From Eutreptiella sp. 'Long Island Sound 2002' (Eukaryota > Protista > Euglenida), in contig OZ038378.1 of NCBI GenBank assembly GCA_964036045.1, positions 17,422,001 through 17,486,000 of the forward strand: a stretch of 64,000 nt of DNA, read 5' to 3'. The notes beneath the pieces were generated by a model. That model saw only the letters and a program-made list of their open reading frames with translations. It had not been told where the DNA came from and ran no database searches. The translations under genes were made by a program, and so were the position numbers. This document shows, in pieces, positions 11,366 to 24,700 of this stretch (position 1 is its first letter; the number at the start of each line of letters is the position of its first letter).

Positions 11366-13136
11366 CTGCAGAGTCGCAAGGCCAAGCACCAACGGTCCCC
11401 AAGAACAACTTGCTGTGCATGCTTCAGGCCGTGGGTGGGGGGTAGCCTAATGTTCCAAAAGCTGCAAAGGGGGCAAACCCCGGAACTGAACACAAAGGAA
11501 CGCACGTCCCGACACCCTGCAAAGATGGACACAGCAGTGTCATCCCAGGGGTGGTCATGTCGCTACTCCTCCTCCTCACATTTCCGCTTTTCGTCCATTT
11601 TATTGACACACACGATTGCCAAATGGCGCAACGTCTCATTACTCATATTGAGACGATCATGTGTTCGGATGTGTCCCATCAAACCGAAGGCCAACGGAAG
11701 CAAGGACCAAATTTCAGTGTGGTGTGGCATGCTGCGGCATGTTTCAACCGTTGGTGCTTGCTGAGGGCGAAGGCGCCACACACAGAGGCAGGGCTCCAAT
11801 CGCCTCCCTCACTCTTGCTGGACACCCTACCTATGCCACGGCATGGGGGGTCATCGGCACCTGCAGGCCAACAACCAGGCACACAAACAGGCAGGCAAAC
11901 AAGAAAATAGAAAACCAAATCGGCCAAACAGAGTGCTACATAGCATTTGTACGCCTAAGGGTGCAGTCCATGATTTGCGAAGGTAAGGATACCCTGTATC
12001 AGTTGTACAGGGGACGGTGCCAGACATCATTTGCACACCGAAGGCTGGTATGCATGATTTGTGCATGGGAGGATGCGGCATCCCTTATGTATGGGGGAGG
12101 GTGCAATCTCTCAGTTGTCCACGAGAAAGTGGGATGCATCATCTTTACTGTGATGTGACAGTGTGATATATCATTTGTACGTGAGTAGATGCCATGCATC
12201 CTTCGTACCTGGGACGTCGGTATGTATCGTTTGGACATGGGAGGGTGCCAAATATCTTTGTGCCCTCAGACCCACCACCCCACGTTCCCCACCCCTCCCA
12301 CTTCCCAAGGGAGTGGGGCGGGTCCCATCTAGAGGCCGGCACAATTTGTAAAAGGCAGGGAGCCCTGTGCCACTGAGCGAGAGCCCTTTCCCATGTTCCC
12401 TGGCATCTACTGTTGTTCAGCCAGCACAGCAGCTAGCAAGTCACGACTACAATTACAATGCGGTCGGACACGGAAAGCCTGATGGGGAGGGGGTTGACCT
12501 GAATGGCCTCAGGGATCCTGAAATTGGAGGGATTTCTTTAGAAGGAGGTCGAGCTGCAGGACTCCGGAAGGCTTCGTGACTGAACTATCTGAGCTGTCTG
12601 TACTGGAACTGGGACTACTGTCATCAACGCTGGATGACAATTTCAAGCTGGAGGATGAATCTGCAGAAGTGCGGTTTGCAGGCATGCACAGTTCCTCCAG
12701 AGCAGTGTCATCACAGGTCAGTAGGGCAGGAACCTTGCGCTTTTTCCCTTTGTCGCTCCCTTTTTCCCTTTGGCGCTCTGTGCCTTGTTCCTGGGTGCTC
12801 CTGGGTGCTGTTGGAAAACAAAAATGCTGGTCCTGCGAGCAGCAAGGAGGCACAAATGAGCATTTGATGTCCTGCAAAAGGGAGAAAGGGCACAAGGGAC
12901 CCTGTGCTACAACTTGTGATGACAAAGCAAAGGTAGGGGTGGAAAAACTGCGCGACGGCACTGCGGCACATGCACGACGAAGCTGCAAGCGCACATACTT
13001 GCGAAGCAAAAAGGTGAATCGCAATCGTCATTTTGTCCTCACAGCCTCCTGGCCCCAGACGCCCCCCTCCCCCCCATCCCGACCTTGGTAATCTCGTCAC
13101 TGGTATATCCACCCCCTGAGCCCCAGTCCCGCACAC

Positions 13137-13634
13137 CTCAATGGCGGGGGTAATGCCAATGCCACTCGCCACCAGGATGATGTTGTCGAACTCCAGGGCG
13201 GTGTGGTAGGGGGACGCGAACGGGCCCTGCACCCAGCACGGGCGGCACGTGGGCCTCTCGGTCAGGCTGCCGTGCAGCAGGTCGGTCCAGTCCCCCACGT
13301 TGCTGATGTGCACGCACGACTGGTTTGGCTCAGTGGGGTGGCTGAACAGCGAGAACGCGTGCCATTGGTGGCGGTTGAGCCAGGGCACGCACAGCAGCAC
13401 GTACCCGCCGCCGCGGAACCCCTCGGGGTTGACGAACCGCAGCTGGACGCCGTTCTTCAGGCAGGTGAACTCGGCGGTCTCGATGATGTAGGCCTTGAGC
13501 AGCAGCCCGTACAGCGCGTCCAGCCCGTACACTAGCAGCACCGCGAACATGATCCAGAAAATGTTGACGGCCGGGGCATGGAAGGCCAGCGCGATGCCGA
13601 ACACCCAGTGGAGGTGGTGCAGGCCCTTGCGGAC
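13137..13634 (-). CDS. NOX/ferric reductase-like, exon 3 (haem-ligating TM helix, FAD-binding domain, start of NADPH-binding domain)
   Basis: Acceptor TCAG|GTC and donor GAG|GT, 498 nt, phase 0/0. Motifs LHHLHWVFGIALAFH (H-x12-H), QWHAFS, VGDWT, GPFASP, LVASGIGITP. Confidence 0.92.
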
Positions 13635-13874
13635 CTGACATGGAATCGGATCAGCGGGGCCCGAACCGGGGGAAGGAATGGGGCAGCGCTGGAGGAGTTG
13701 CGGGAACACACGATGCCGGGGAGTGGGAGCACAGATTGGGCAGTGCTGAGTGTACAATAGATGAACACACGGGGCACTGTTGGGGGAACGGGTGACAGAC
13801 ATTGCACAGAGTTTGCACAGAGGGAGGAAATTGGGAAGAGACATTGGGCAATGTTGAGGGAAATGGAGAAAGAC

Positions 13875-14126
13875 CTCCCATGAGAGGCGGCGCTTGAGCG
13901 CGGGCACGAGCATCGGCAGGACGATGCACGGGGCGGCGACCATGGCCAGGAGGCCGGTGGCACCCGTGACGCGGGTCACGAGGAAGGACAAGTTCCCCTG
14001 AAGGCCCCACCGGATGATGTGGGGGAGCGAGTGGAAGAACACGGAGCTCCAGAGGATGAAGTGCCCGAGGGTGGTGTGCAGGTTGTGCAGGTCGTAGAAG
14101 GGGATGTAGTTGGAGAGGAAGGTGCC
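13875..14126 (-). CDS. NOX/ferric reductase-like, exon 2 (haem-ligating TM helix)
   Basis: Acceptor CTGCAG|GGC and donor GAG|GT, 252 nt, phase 0/0. Contains LHTTLGHFILWSSVFFHSLPH. Confidence 0.9.
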
Positions 14127-15322
14127 CTGCAGACAAAGGGTGCAAGTAAATGAAAACATAACAGGAACAAGCAAGCGCATCTCTATCGGAATGCAACTCA
14201 CTGAACAACGCAAGCGCAATAGACCAATGACAACAACAGAAATGTAATTTTACCGCATCCAAACACGTAACTGCCGGACTGCGCGAAGGCGATCAGTCCG
14301 CAGGCTAGCATCGGAGGTGACCCCCAGCATGCATGCCAACAATGGGGCCAGTACATGAAAACATAACAGGAAAAAACAAGCACATCTCAATCGAAATACA
14401 ATTCACAGAACAACCCAAGCGCAATAGAGTTACGAAAACAACAGAAACATATGTGCGAAACATTTTTTTAAAACTCGTGACCGAAGTTCCACCAAGTGTC
14501 CGCCGAGAGTACACATAGCAGGTCATGGGTTAGTGACAGGGCCGGCTTTGGGTTTGGGTCACCGAGCTGGTGGAACCAGTCTTGGTTTTATAACCCTTTT
14601 TAGGGTCTAGGGTGGACCTACCAGGTTTAGCAGCAGCAGCAACAAGCAACAAGCAGCAAGCAGCAACAAGCAGCAAGCATCACGCGCGAAATGGGGAAAA
14701 ATCAGACATCCTTCGTGGTGCTTCACATTCGGCTGAAATTTTGGTGGATGATACCTATGGGTGTGAGGGACAACCACACAAATCTTGAGCCAGAAACTCA
14801 ACGGTGGCGGCCGGGAATGGGTGTCGCAAGTGGCGGACCTCTGTTTCAAAAACTGCAATTTAGGCCAAAAAACAGCCATTTTTGGGCCAAAAGAGCCCTA
14901 GAACCCATTCAAAACGGCCAAGGAAAGGGAAAGGGTGGGTGCACTCCATGTGCGGCTTGACTTTCTTGTGTCAACGAGCCATTTGCGGCCCTCTGACTCC
15001 ACCATATGTCCCGGAAACGGCCCAAAAAGGCCCCCACAAGCCCCAAATTTTGTGCAGATTGGCTGGCGACAGCCACAAACCAAGAATAGGCCATATCTTT
15101 GGCTACATGGCTCAAAACGCGATTCCGAGGGCACCTAATCCACCCGCAACCCCCCTCGTTTTGTGGTTTCCACCCCTGAAAATTGCCCAAATGGACGCCT
15201 AGGGGGCGTTGTCGCACGGTGCGCGCACGGTGCGCGCACGGTGCGTGCACGGTGCGCGCACGGTTCAATGTTTTTGGGATGGTTGCCCAACTTGTACCCC
15301 GTTGAATGGCCCCCATAGAAAC

Positions 15323-15611
15323 CAGGGGTTGCCATAATAAAAAAAAAAAACTCGGAGTGTCCAATACGCCCTATGATGGCGGCCGGTGGGTAACTGATGG
15401 CGGTTGGTGGGTAACCGATGGCGGTTGGTGTGTAACCGATGGCGGTTGGTGTGTAACTGATGGCGGTTGGTGGGTATTTGATAGCGGTTGGTGTGTAACC
15501 GATGGCGGTTGGTGGGTAACCGATGGCGGTTGGTGGGTAGCCACCAAACATCAGAGAGTGGCTGCCTTAGTAAAAAAAAAAAAAGGCTGAGCGTCCTTAT
15601 GGCAACCCCTG
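15323..15611. mobile_element. hAT-type MITE, family 1, copy a
   Basis: 14-bp TIR CAGGGGTTGCCATA, perfect 8-bp TSD ATAGAAAC on both sides, and 8 internal copies of a 21-bp unit GATGGCGGTTGGTGGGTAACC. Confidence 0.92.
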
Positions 15612-16938
15612 ATAGAAACACACCCAGGGTCCTGATTTCTGCACCTTGCAGTCCATACTGGCATACCAGGATTCTTCAATTTTTAGTCTGATGCTTGTCA
15701 CAGGTTCCAGGGTCCTATTTTCTGCACCCTGCAGCCCCTATTGGCGTACCGGGAATTTTTTTTTTTGAATCTGATGCTTGTCACAGGTTCCAGGCTCCCA
15801 ATTTCTGCACCTCGCATGCATCTCCGTAACAAACCATGCACAGGCGACAACACAAGCGACAACAATGGTTGGGTTACGGGAATTTCAATTTCATCCGCCA
15901 CAGCATTCTGGCTCATGATCATCAATTCTAGGGGCTTCAGCTTCCACTTAAGGTAATTGGGGCTCCAGCAAAGCGTCCATCGGCGCCTCATGGTGCACAG
16001 GTTGGGGGGAATCGGGGCTCTCAGCAGTCACAATTGCAAACTCCAACCGCTCCTCGGGTGCATGCTCGTACAAGACCTCTTCACCACCCAATTCGTACCG
16101 AATAGAGACGCGGCGCCCACCTCTTGAAGAAGGGTCAACGACAGTGGCCGACACCCTATCTCCGTTGGAGCGGTGGTAGTACACAGGCAGTCCGGCGACA
16201 AGCCAGGGCAGCTCAGATTCAGGCAATGTGGATCTGCCGGACACAGAATAAGCAAAAGGACGCACGGTGCGCGCACGGTGCGCGCACGGTGCGCGCACGG
16301 TTCAGGCAACACCCCCCTAGACCCCCGTACCCAAGCCCAGTAGGCTGCGGCAAGCTGCAAGCTCAAGCCCAAACAGGTGGGTGCCCAAATGGGTCAATAG
16401 GGTCCAATAGGGGCAGAAAAATGACTTTTCTCAAAAATGATCCTAGACCATGTGTGATGCTAAAACAAGTGTTTTTGGACTGTTTTGAGCTTGGGGTGGC
16501 CCATTTTGGTCCTCCGAAAATCCCAAAATGCCTTGAAGATGCGCTGTTTTGGGACCAAAAATGGGTCAAAAATGGGTCAAAAACGCATTTTTCCAAAACT
16601 CATCCTAGACCATTTGGGGTGCACAAACGGGTGAAATGAGCCTATTTTGAGCCCATTTTGGGGCATTTTGGCCCCTCACAAGTCCACAAAAGCCTTGAAA
16701 GTGGGCCTTGTGGTGAAGGGGATCACTTGCAAGCTGATTCCACCCTGTCAACGGCCTTCAATGTGTAACTCATTGGTGTCCCTCACCATTCATATCTAAT
16801 GTTCCCTCCCCCACCAGCTCGGTCCCAATATTCAGTCTTGATTAGGTATGACCTACCCCTACCTACATCAGGTATGACCTACCCCTACATATGTGTAAAA
16901 CATCCAAACATGTAACTGCTGCCCAGCATCAAAGGTTA

Positions 16939-17726
16939 CCGTGCGAATCCTAATTATTTGCGGAATCCTAAGTTTTGCGTTGGGTGTTTTGAATTTTATT
17001 TAAGCAAAATTTTGCGGCAACACTTAAAACAGGGGAAAAAATACTTTTTTTGCGATTTTTTTCTGCGGAACCCATTTTTGCGGAGCGTATTGAGACAAAA
17101 GTTTTTTTGTTTTTGCATTTTTTTTTGCGGAACCCATTTTTGCGAAGGGCCTGGGGTACCTTGGACTCTGGGATTGCAGTCCAATCCTACGCAGGCATAC
17201 AAATGTGGATCAGTTGAACTCTGGGATTGCAGTCCATATCACAGACAAGCACCAACAAGAAAGTGTTTCAGATGCTTCAACCTTACCAGTTTTCAATGAG
17301 CCAGTTCCAAATATCATCTATAATAGTGCCCCTGGCACATGAAATGTGGAAACACCAATGGAATTTGCAACATGGCCCGACGACTTTTTCACAAAACCGG
17401 TTTGTAAATTCGGTTCGATCTCGATAATAGTGCACAAGGCACATCAAATGCTGAAACAAGGGCACAGAAAGCTGTGCAGGACCATACAACAAAAAGTAAT
17501 ACAGCACTGTAGAGCAGTGCAAACACAGCATCCATCCCACAATTGTGGTATTTCTGCAAAGGGGGGCAGGGACAAAAAATATTCTTTTGCGATTTTTTTT
17601 TGCGGAACCCATTTTTGCGAAGGGCACAAAGCCAAAAATTAATATTTTTTTGCGGTTTTTTTTGCGGCAAAACAACACCTTGGACCGGGAATTAATTATT
17701 TCCGCAAATAATTAGGATTCGCACGG
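16939..17726. mobile_element. Tc1/mariner-type MITE in NOX intron 1
   Basis: Perfect 27-bp TIR CCGTGCGAATCCTAATTATTTGCGGAA, TA on both flanks, and subterminal TTTTTTGCGGAACCCATTTTTGCG repeats. Confidence 0.9.
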
Positions 17727-17769
17727 TACCTCTAGCATGCATGCCAACACCCCCCTCCTGAAGCCCAAC

Positions 17770-18123
17770 CTGCAGGAAGGTGCGGAGGTTGTTGCTCTTG
17801 GACGCCCACACCAGCACCAGCGCGGGATACATGTGGTAGGCCGACACCCGGCTGATGGTCAGCAGCATGACCGTGTACCACTCCTCGGCGCACACAGTGT
17901 CCCGGGGGCACACCGTCCCGCCGTTGTTGACCAGGCCGATGGTGCCGTTCACAACGATCCAAAGGACGCAGGCCAGCTCTGCCAGCCGCACGACCCAAAC
18001 GAAGTGGCGCTCCATGCTGGAGACGGCCGCCGATTCATTTTGCGGCATGAGGCGCCGGTGCATGTTGGCACGTTTGATTGGGGCGAGGGTGGTGCGACGC
18101 AGGCGTGCGCCGGGGGTCTCCAT
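17770..18123 (-). CDS. NOX/ferric reductase-like, exon 1 (N-terminal TM segments)
   Basis: ATG at 18123, 354 nt to donor CAG|GT, phase 0. It joins exon 2 in frame (NNLRTFLQ-GTFLSNY). Spliced product is 910 aa. An in-frame acceptor lies 12 nt upstream of the ATG, so a further 5' exon is possible. Confidence 0.85.
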
Positions 18124-21100
18124 CGCTTCCGTGGCCTGCAGCCCACCAGCACTACAAATAGGCGCAGGGCAACAGGTGCGAGTCTGTGGGGCTCAGAGCA
18201 AACAGCTGTCACCCCAACCCCTTGAACCTCCTCCCCTTTCGAGCAACGCCCCGCCCCCTCCCAGGCAGTCCGATGTGTTTTCAGCAATCGCCGTACATTC
18301 TCGTCTGTGTCCGGGCTGGCATAACTCCTGGCCTGTTGGACCAGGGTGGCCCGGCAACAAATTGCAACTGAGATACAATACAACTGGATACATACTATTC
18401 GAAAACTTTTATTTGCTCGCACCGGTCACAAACACAAGTTTACCACAGTGAACAAGAGAAATTGTCATTTTTTGCCAAGCTCCAGTTGTGTACATGGCAA
18501 ATTCATAGCAATTGTACTGTTTTGACCCAACTGCTGGTGCACCATTGCTATCTACTATGATAATGGGAGTAGAGATATATATTGGGTCTCAACGAACCGC
18601 ACCAAATGAAAAATGCAGTCAGGCAAACTGTGCACACAATCAACATAAACATACCCACACCAACACGCGAAGCCAAGTAAAGTGTACACACCCTCGGAGG
18701 GGCCACACACACCTTACCTGTGCATACCTCGCCTGGCGTGGCGCATCAGACAGGGAGTTGGCACATTGGTGCTTTTGTTGTACCACCCCCGCCCCAGCCT
18801 GGGCCGATGCGCTCAGCCAGGCACAGCCTTGTACAGCCTCTCCAAGCGTGTGCACACTGCGTCTGCTTTAGCGTGTGCGCACGTTTTGCCGAGCTAGCGC
18901 ATCAGGCAGGGGCTGTCTAATGTTCACACAGACCCCTGTCCGATACACCAAGCAAGGGAAAGTGTGCGCAAATTTTTGCAATTGATACGTGGTGGGGGAT
19001 TTCACCGTGTCTGCACATGTATGGGGATGCCCGGAGAGGTTGCCACACTTCAACTGGAGAGGATGAAGCAGTACGTATTTACGAGGGTCTGACACCAAGA
19101 ATGGTATTAGTTCAAGTGGAGTTCATGGCTGATGTTAGTGGCAACATGATCCTCTCCTCCTGTTCCAGAAGACTGGTTACCCCTTGTGACCCTGCATCCC
19201 ACTTGAATCACAGTCTGATCCAAGACCCTGCTGTTCTGTCCGATTAAGCCCAGCCTTGAGTCCATCCTACAACGCGAGAAGGCAAGGGGATGCACCCACA
19301 GACTGGCCACCCTCATCAGATGGGAAATTGCATAAACAAACTGGATTAAGGTCGTTTTTCCGGTGACACCCCACTAACTCCAACTCCCGTATAGCCCTGT
19401 GACGTTCGTCAAGCCACTTTTGTGCTCCTTTAATCAACCCCCAATGGTTGGTGTCAGTGGCCATGCAGAGCACCAGTTGTTAGAGCGTTTGGTCTCTTTT
19501 GCAATTGTGCTTTTTCTGTGGCTAAACAGTGCAGTGCTGCACCTCACTGTTGATGTTGTCTCTGTCAGAAATCGTGGTTTTTCTTCCCGTTCTTAGATTT
19601 GTTGACTGGTGGGTGTGTTGGTGTGAGTGTTGCTTGCGGTGCACAAAGGGCGCAGTGAGAGAACAGCCAGGATGCCTGACTCTCCCAATGGACACTTACA
19701 TTTGTCGACTTGCTTTTCCGTGGGAGTGGCTTGCTGTAATGAAATGCCGCACATCCCCATGCCCATCCCCTGCCTTCTCTTCATTCTATTTTTTGTGGTC
19801 CCCAGCCGTCACTATGAATATCTCTTTACAATTGTCCCAACCCAACCCATCCATCTCTACTTATCACCACGTCTTTGCTCTCCACAGAAAACCCCTCTTT
19901 TGTACCCCTCGTTATCCAAGTGTCTTTCCTTCAAGCGCTTTTTTTTCGCGGTCAAACACAGTGTTCACAAGTCCATTAGTATAGGATAGTATACACATGG
20001 CGAACCTGCGCCAGCAGCGTGCACCGTAAGGTGTCTTTCCTTCAAGTGCTATCTGTGGGCATCCCTGCACACGCACTCCGGCACACACAGCCGTGTTGAG
20101 CAGCACACTGCTCTGCCTAAGGAACGATTATTCATGGCCTTATCAGGATTGCCTTGAATACAGAGTGTGCACAATGCCAGCCAACACAGAACAAATACTT
20201 CTGGTTTGCGCAACTTTTTGACTTTCGGGACAGAATAGCAATAGCTTCTCAAACTACTGCTCAACTGGTGGTGACCAACATGGTGTCCGGTGCATGGCCC
20301 TAGGTTGTGGCTATGGTGGCAGTGGTAGTGGGTAGTACCTTATCTTGGACGAAGAGAGGGAGGTCAGGCACAAGGCCAAATACGCCCGAATGACTCACTA
20401 AGAGGAGAGACAAGAACGTGCCAAAGAATGTGGGCCGAGAGATCGAGAGCAATGGAGAGGTCAAAAATCATTATTGTGAACTCCACTCAGAACACTCGGG
20501 GCTCTCACCCATTCCATACGGGACTGCAAATTGTAATGTCAACTAGTAGTTGGAGAAATGCCTGCTTTTGTGTGTGTTCATGGCGAAGTGACCGACCGAA
20601 GGGTACTGACAACCCAAAAAAGTTCAGCGGGATATTGCGTATGACTGCAGCAACCCAGAAGACCCATTGAAAGTGCAATCTCCGGCAACTTCCTCAACTC
20701 CAGCGGAAAAAAAACCCAAACTGGCCTCTCTACCCAATCTACATGGCACACATGAGACTGCACCTGTACAAACTGGAGTTCAAGCCTAAGATTCTGCAGC
20801 AACTCTACCAGCCGCTCTCACAGACAAACATTAGACAAAAGACCTGAGGAGTTGACCCACCGCTGTCTCTACCATGTGCGCATTCGACCCCCATCACCTG
20901 ACAACCCGTACTCAGAATTGACAAAAACAACCACCCTACTACGACCACACTGCGACCCAACGGCCCGCACTTTAGCACTAGATGACCGCAGCTGTTGAAC
21001 AAACTATTACCTCCTTACCTCCTCAGTAAATTCTCATACCCCCTGGAACCCTACCACAAGACTTCGGATATCCCGTGGGTGGAGGGGGGGGGGGGGGAGT

Positions 21101-21255
21101 TTCCATTGCCACTGACCAAAACATCTGTTGCTGCACATACACGCAGGAGGACATCAACACCATCCCGATTCTGCCACTTCTCCCGACTCTTGTCATCGCA
21201 AAATTCTCAATTCCGTACAGTAGTGACCCCCAATAAATTAGGCGTCCAGATTAAT

Positions 21256-21505
21256 GGTCAGAGTATGCAACAATGCACCTGCAGCACTGAAGGAGACCCT
21301 ATTGTTGCATACTCTGACTCTTGATCTTCAGTACAATTCAGGAGGAGATCGTGGGGCCCAAGCACTTGCAGCACTGAAGGAGACTGAAGGAGATCAAGGG
21401 TCAGAGTATGCAGCAAGGGGGCCTCCTTCAGTGCTGCAAGTGCTTGGGTCCCACTGGCTCCACCTGAATTGTACTGAAGATCAAGGGTCAGAGTATGCAA
21501 CAAGG
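21256..21505. repeat. Fold-back (inverted) duplication of LRR units
   Basis: An LRR unit reads on the plus strand at about 21275-21388 (LKETLLLHTLTLDLQYNSGGDRGAQALAALKE), directly abutting minus-sense units at about 21385-21505. Confidence 0.8.
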
Positions 21506-21704
21506 TCGTTAGCAGGTCACAAAGCGCTCCACACATGCACGTCCTGGTGTGCATATGCAGCAATGTTCGGCAGTTCCATGTCGTTGGCCAAAGCCACACA
21601 CAAGTGCTATGCTGCAACCGGAAACAAGCCATTGATATGCTACATGCTTCGTCCTGTGATTTCCTTCTGCCCGCTTGACCGTGTTTTGTCTACCGCAACG
21701 CGGT

Positions 21705-24700
21705 AGAGTATGCAACAAGGGGGCGTCCTTCAGTGCTGCAAGTGCTTGGGCCCCACTAGCTCCTACTGAATTGTACCGAAGATTCAGCGTCAGAGTATGC
21801 AACAACGGGGGCCTCCTTCAGTGCTGCAAGTGCTTGGGCCCCACTAGCTCCTGCTGAATTGTACCGAAGATTCAGGGTCAGAGTATGCAACAACGGGTCT
21901 CCTTGGGGGCTGCAAGTGCTTGGGCCCCACTGTCTCCTACTGAATTGACCGAAAGATCAAGGGTCAGAGTATGCAGCGATGGGGCCTCCTTCAGCGTTGC
22001 AAGTGCTTGGGCCCCACTGTCTCCCACTAAATTGTACTGAAGATTCAGGGTCAGAGTATGCAACAAGGGGGTCTCCTTCAGTGCTGCAAGTGCTTGGGCC
22101 CCACTGGCTCCTACTGAATTGTACTGAAGATCAAGGGTCAGGGTATGCAGCAAGGGGGCCTCCTTCAGTGCTGCAAGTGCTTGGGCCCCACTAGCTCCTA
22201 CTGAATTGACCGAAAGATTCAGGGTCAGAGTATGCAACCAGGGGGCCTCCTTCAGTGCTGCAAGTGCTTGGGCCCCACTAGCTCCTACTGAAGTGTCCGA
22301 AAGATTCAGGGTCAGAGTATGCAGCGATGGGGCCTCCTTCAGCGTTGCAAGTGCTTGGGCCCCACTGTCTCCCACTAAATTGTACTGAAGATTCAGGGTC
22401 AGAGTATGCAACAAGGGGGTCTCCTTCAGTGCTGCAAGTGCTTGGGCCCCACTGGCTCCTACTGAATTGTACTGAAGATCAAGGGTCAGGGTATGCAGCA
22501 AGGGGGCCTCCTTCAGTGCTGCAAGTGCTTGGGCCCCACTAGCTCCTACTGAATTGACCGAAAGATTCAGGGTCAGAGTATGCAACCAGGGGGCCTCCTT
22601 CAGTGCTGCAAGTGCTTGGGCCCCACTAGCTCCTACTGAAGTGTCCGAAAGATTCAGGGTCAGAGTATGCAGCGATGGGGCCTCCTTCAGCGTTGCAAGT
22701 GCTTGGGCCCCACTGTCTCCCACTAAATTGTACTGAAGATTCAGGGTCAGAGTATGCAACAAGGGGGTCTCCTTCAGTGCTGCAAGTGCTTGGGCCCCAC
22801 TGGCTCCTACTGAATTGTACTGAAGATCAAGGGTCAGGGTATGCAGCAAGGGGGCCTCCTTCAGTGCTGCAAGTGCTTGGGCCCCACTGTCTCCTACTGA
22901 AGAGCCCGAAAGATTCAGGGTCAGAGTATGCAACCAGGGGGCCTCCTTCGGTGCTGCAAATGCTTGGGCCCCACTGTCTCCCACTGAAGTGTCCGAAAGA
23001 TTCAGGGTCAGAGTATGCAACAAGGGGGCCTCCTTCAGTGCTGCAAGTGCTTGGGCCCCACTAGCTCCTACTGAATTGACCGAAAGATTCAGGGTCAGAG
23101 TATGCAACAAGGGGGCCTCCTTCAGTGCTGCAAGTGCTTGTGCCCCACTAGCTCCGACTGAAGTGTCCAAAAGATCAAGGGTCAGAGTATGCAACAAGGG
23201 GGCCTCCTTCAGTGCTGCAAGTGCTCGGGCCCCACTGTCTCCTACTGAATTGGCCGAAAGATTCAGGGTCAGAGTATGCAACAAGGGGGCGTCCTTCAGT
23301 GCTGCAAGTGCTTGGGCCCCACTAGCTCCTACTGAATTGTACCGAAGATTCAGCGTCAGAGTATGCAACAACGGGGGCCTCCTTCAGTGCTGCAAGTGCT
23401 TGGGCCCCACTAGCTCCTGCTGAATTGTACCGAAGATTCAGGGTCAGAGTATGCAACAACGGGTCTCCTTGGGGGCTGCAAGTGCTTGGGCCCCACTGTC
23501 TCCTACTGAATTGACCGAAAGATCAAGGGTCAGAGTATGCAGCGATGGGGCCTCCTTCAGCGTTGCAAGTGCTTGGGCCCCACTGTCTCCCACTAAATTG
23601 TACTGAAGATTCAGGGTCAGAGTATGCAACAAGGGGGTCTCCTTCAGCGCTGCAAGTGCTTGGGCCCCACTGGCTCCTACTGAATTGTACTGAAGATCAA
23701 GGGTCAGGGTATGCAGCAAGGGGGCCTCCTTCAGTGCTGCAAGTGCTTGGGCCCCACTGTCTCCTACTGAAGTGCCCGAAAGATTCAGGGTCGGAGTATG
23801 CAACCAGGGGGCCTCCTTCAGTGCTGCAAGTGCTTGGGCCCCACTAGCTCCTACTGAATTGACCGAAAGATCAAGGGTCAGAGTATGCAGCGATGGGGCC
23901 TCCTTCAGCGTTGCAAGTGCTTGGGCCCCACTGTCTCCCACTAAATTGTACTGAAGATTCAGGGTCAGAGTATGCAACAAGGGGGTCTCCTTCAGTGCTG
24001 CAAGTGCTTGGGCCCCACTGGCTCCTACTGAATTGTACTGAAGATCAAGGGTCAGGGTATGCAGCAAGGGGGCCTCCTTCAGTGCTGCAAGTGCTTGGGC
24101 CCCACTGTCTCCTACTGAAGAGCCCGAAAGATTCAGGGTCAGAGTATGCAACCAGGAGGCCTCCTTCGGTGCTGCAAATGCTTGGGCCCCACTGTCTCCC
24201 ACTGAAGTGTCCGAAAGATTCAGGGTCAGAGTATGCAACAAGGGGGCCTCCTTCAGTGCTGCAAGTGCTTGGGCCCCACTAGCTCCTACTGAATTGACCG
24301 AAAGATTCAGGGTCAGAGTATGCAACAAGGGGGCCTCCTTCAGTGCTGCAAGTGCTTGTGCCCCACTAGCTCCGACTGAAGTGTCCAAAAGATCAAGGGT
24401 CAGAGTATGCAACAAGGGGGCCTCCTTCAGTGCTGCAAGTGCTTGGGCCCCACTGGCTCCTACTGAATTGTACTGAAGATCAAGGGTCAGGGTATGCAGC
24501 AAGGGGGCCTCCTTCAGTGCTGCAAGTGCTTGGGCCCCACTGTCTCCTACTGAAGAGCCCGAAAGATTCAGGGTCAGAGTATGCAACCAGGGGGCCTCCT
24601 TCGGTGCTGCAAATGCTTGGGCCCCACTGTCTCCCACTGAAGTGTCCGAAAGATTCAGGGTCAGAGTATGCAACAAGGGGGCCTCCTTCAGTGCTGCAAG

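Noticed and set aside
9557-11764. 735-aa plus-strand ORF and other long ORFs over NOX exon 4
   Set aside because: Antisense or alternate-frame shadows of a GC-rich exon. They are Arg/Gly/Pro-rich and have no motifs.
12509-13091. Nested gene in NOX intron 3
   Set aside because: Low-complexity ORFs on both strands with no motif or consistent splice structure.
14520-14620. Interstitial telomeric repeat (gggtta/tagggt-like words)
   Set aside because: Only scattered imperfect words, with no tandem array.
11366-17769. Euglenid non-conventional (non-GT-AG) introns
   Set aside because: All introns I could define use GT-AG with consistent phase.
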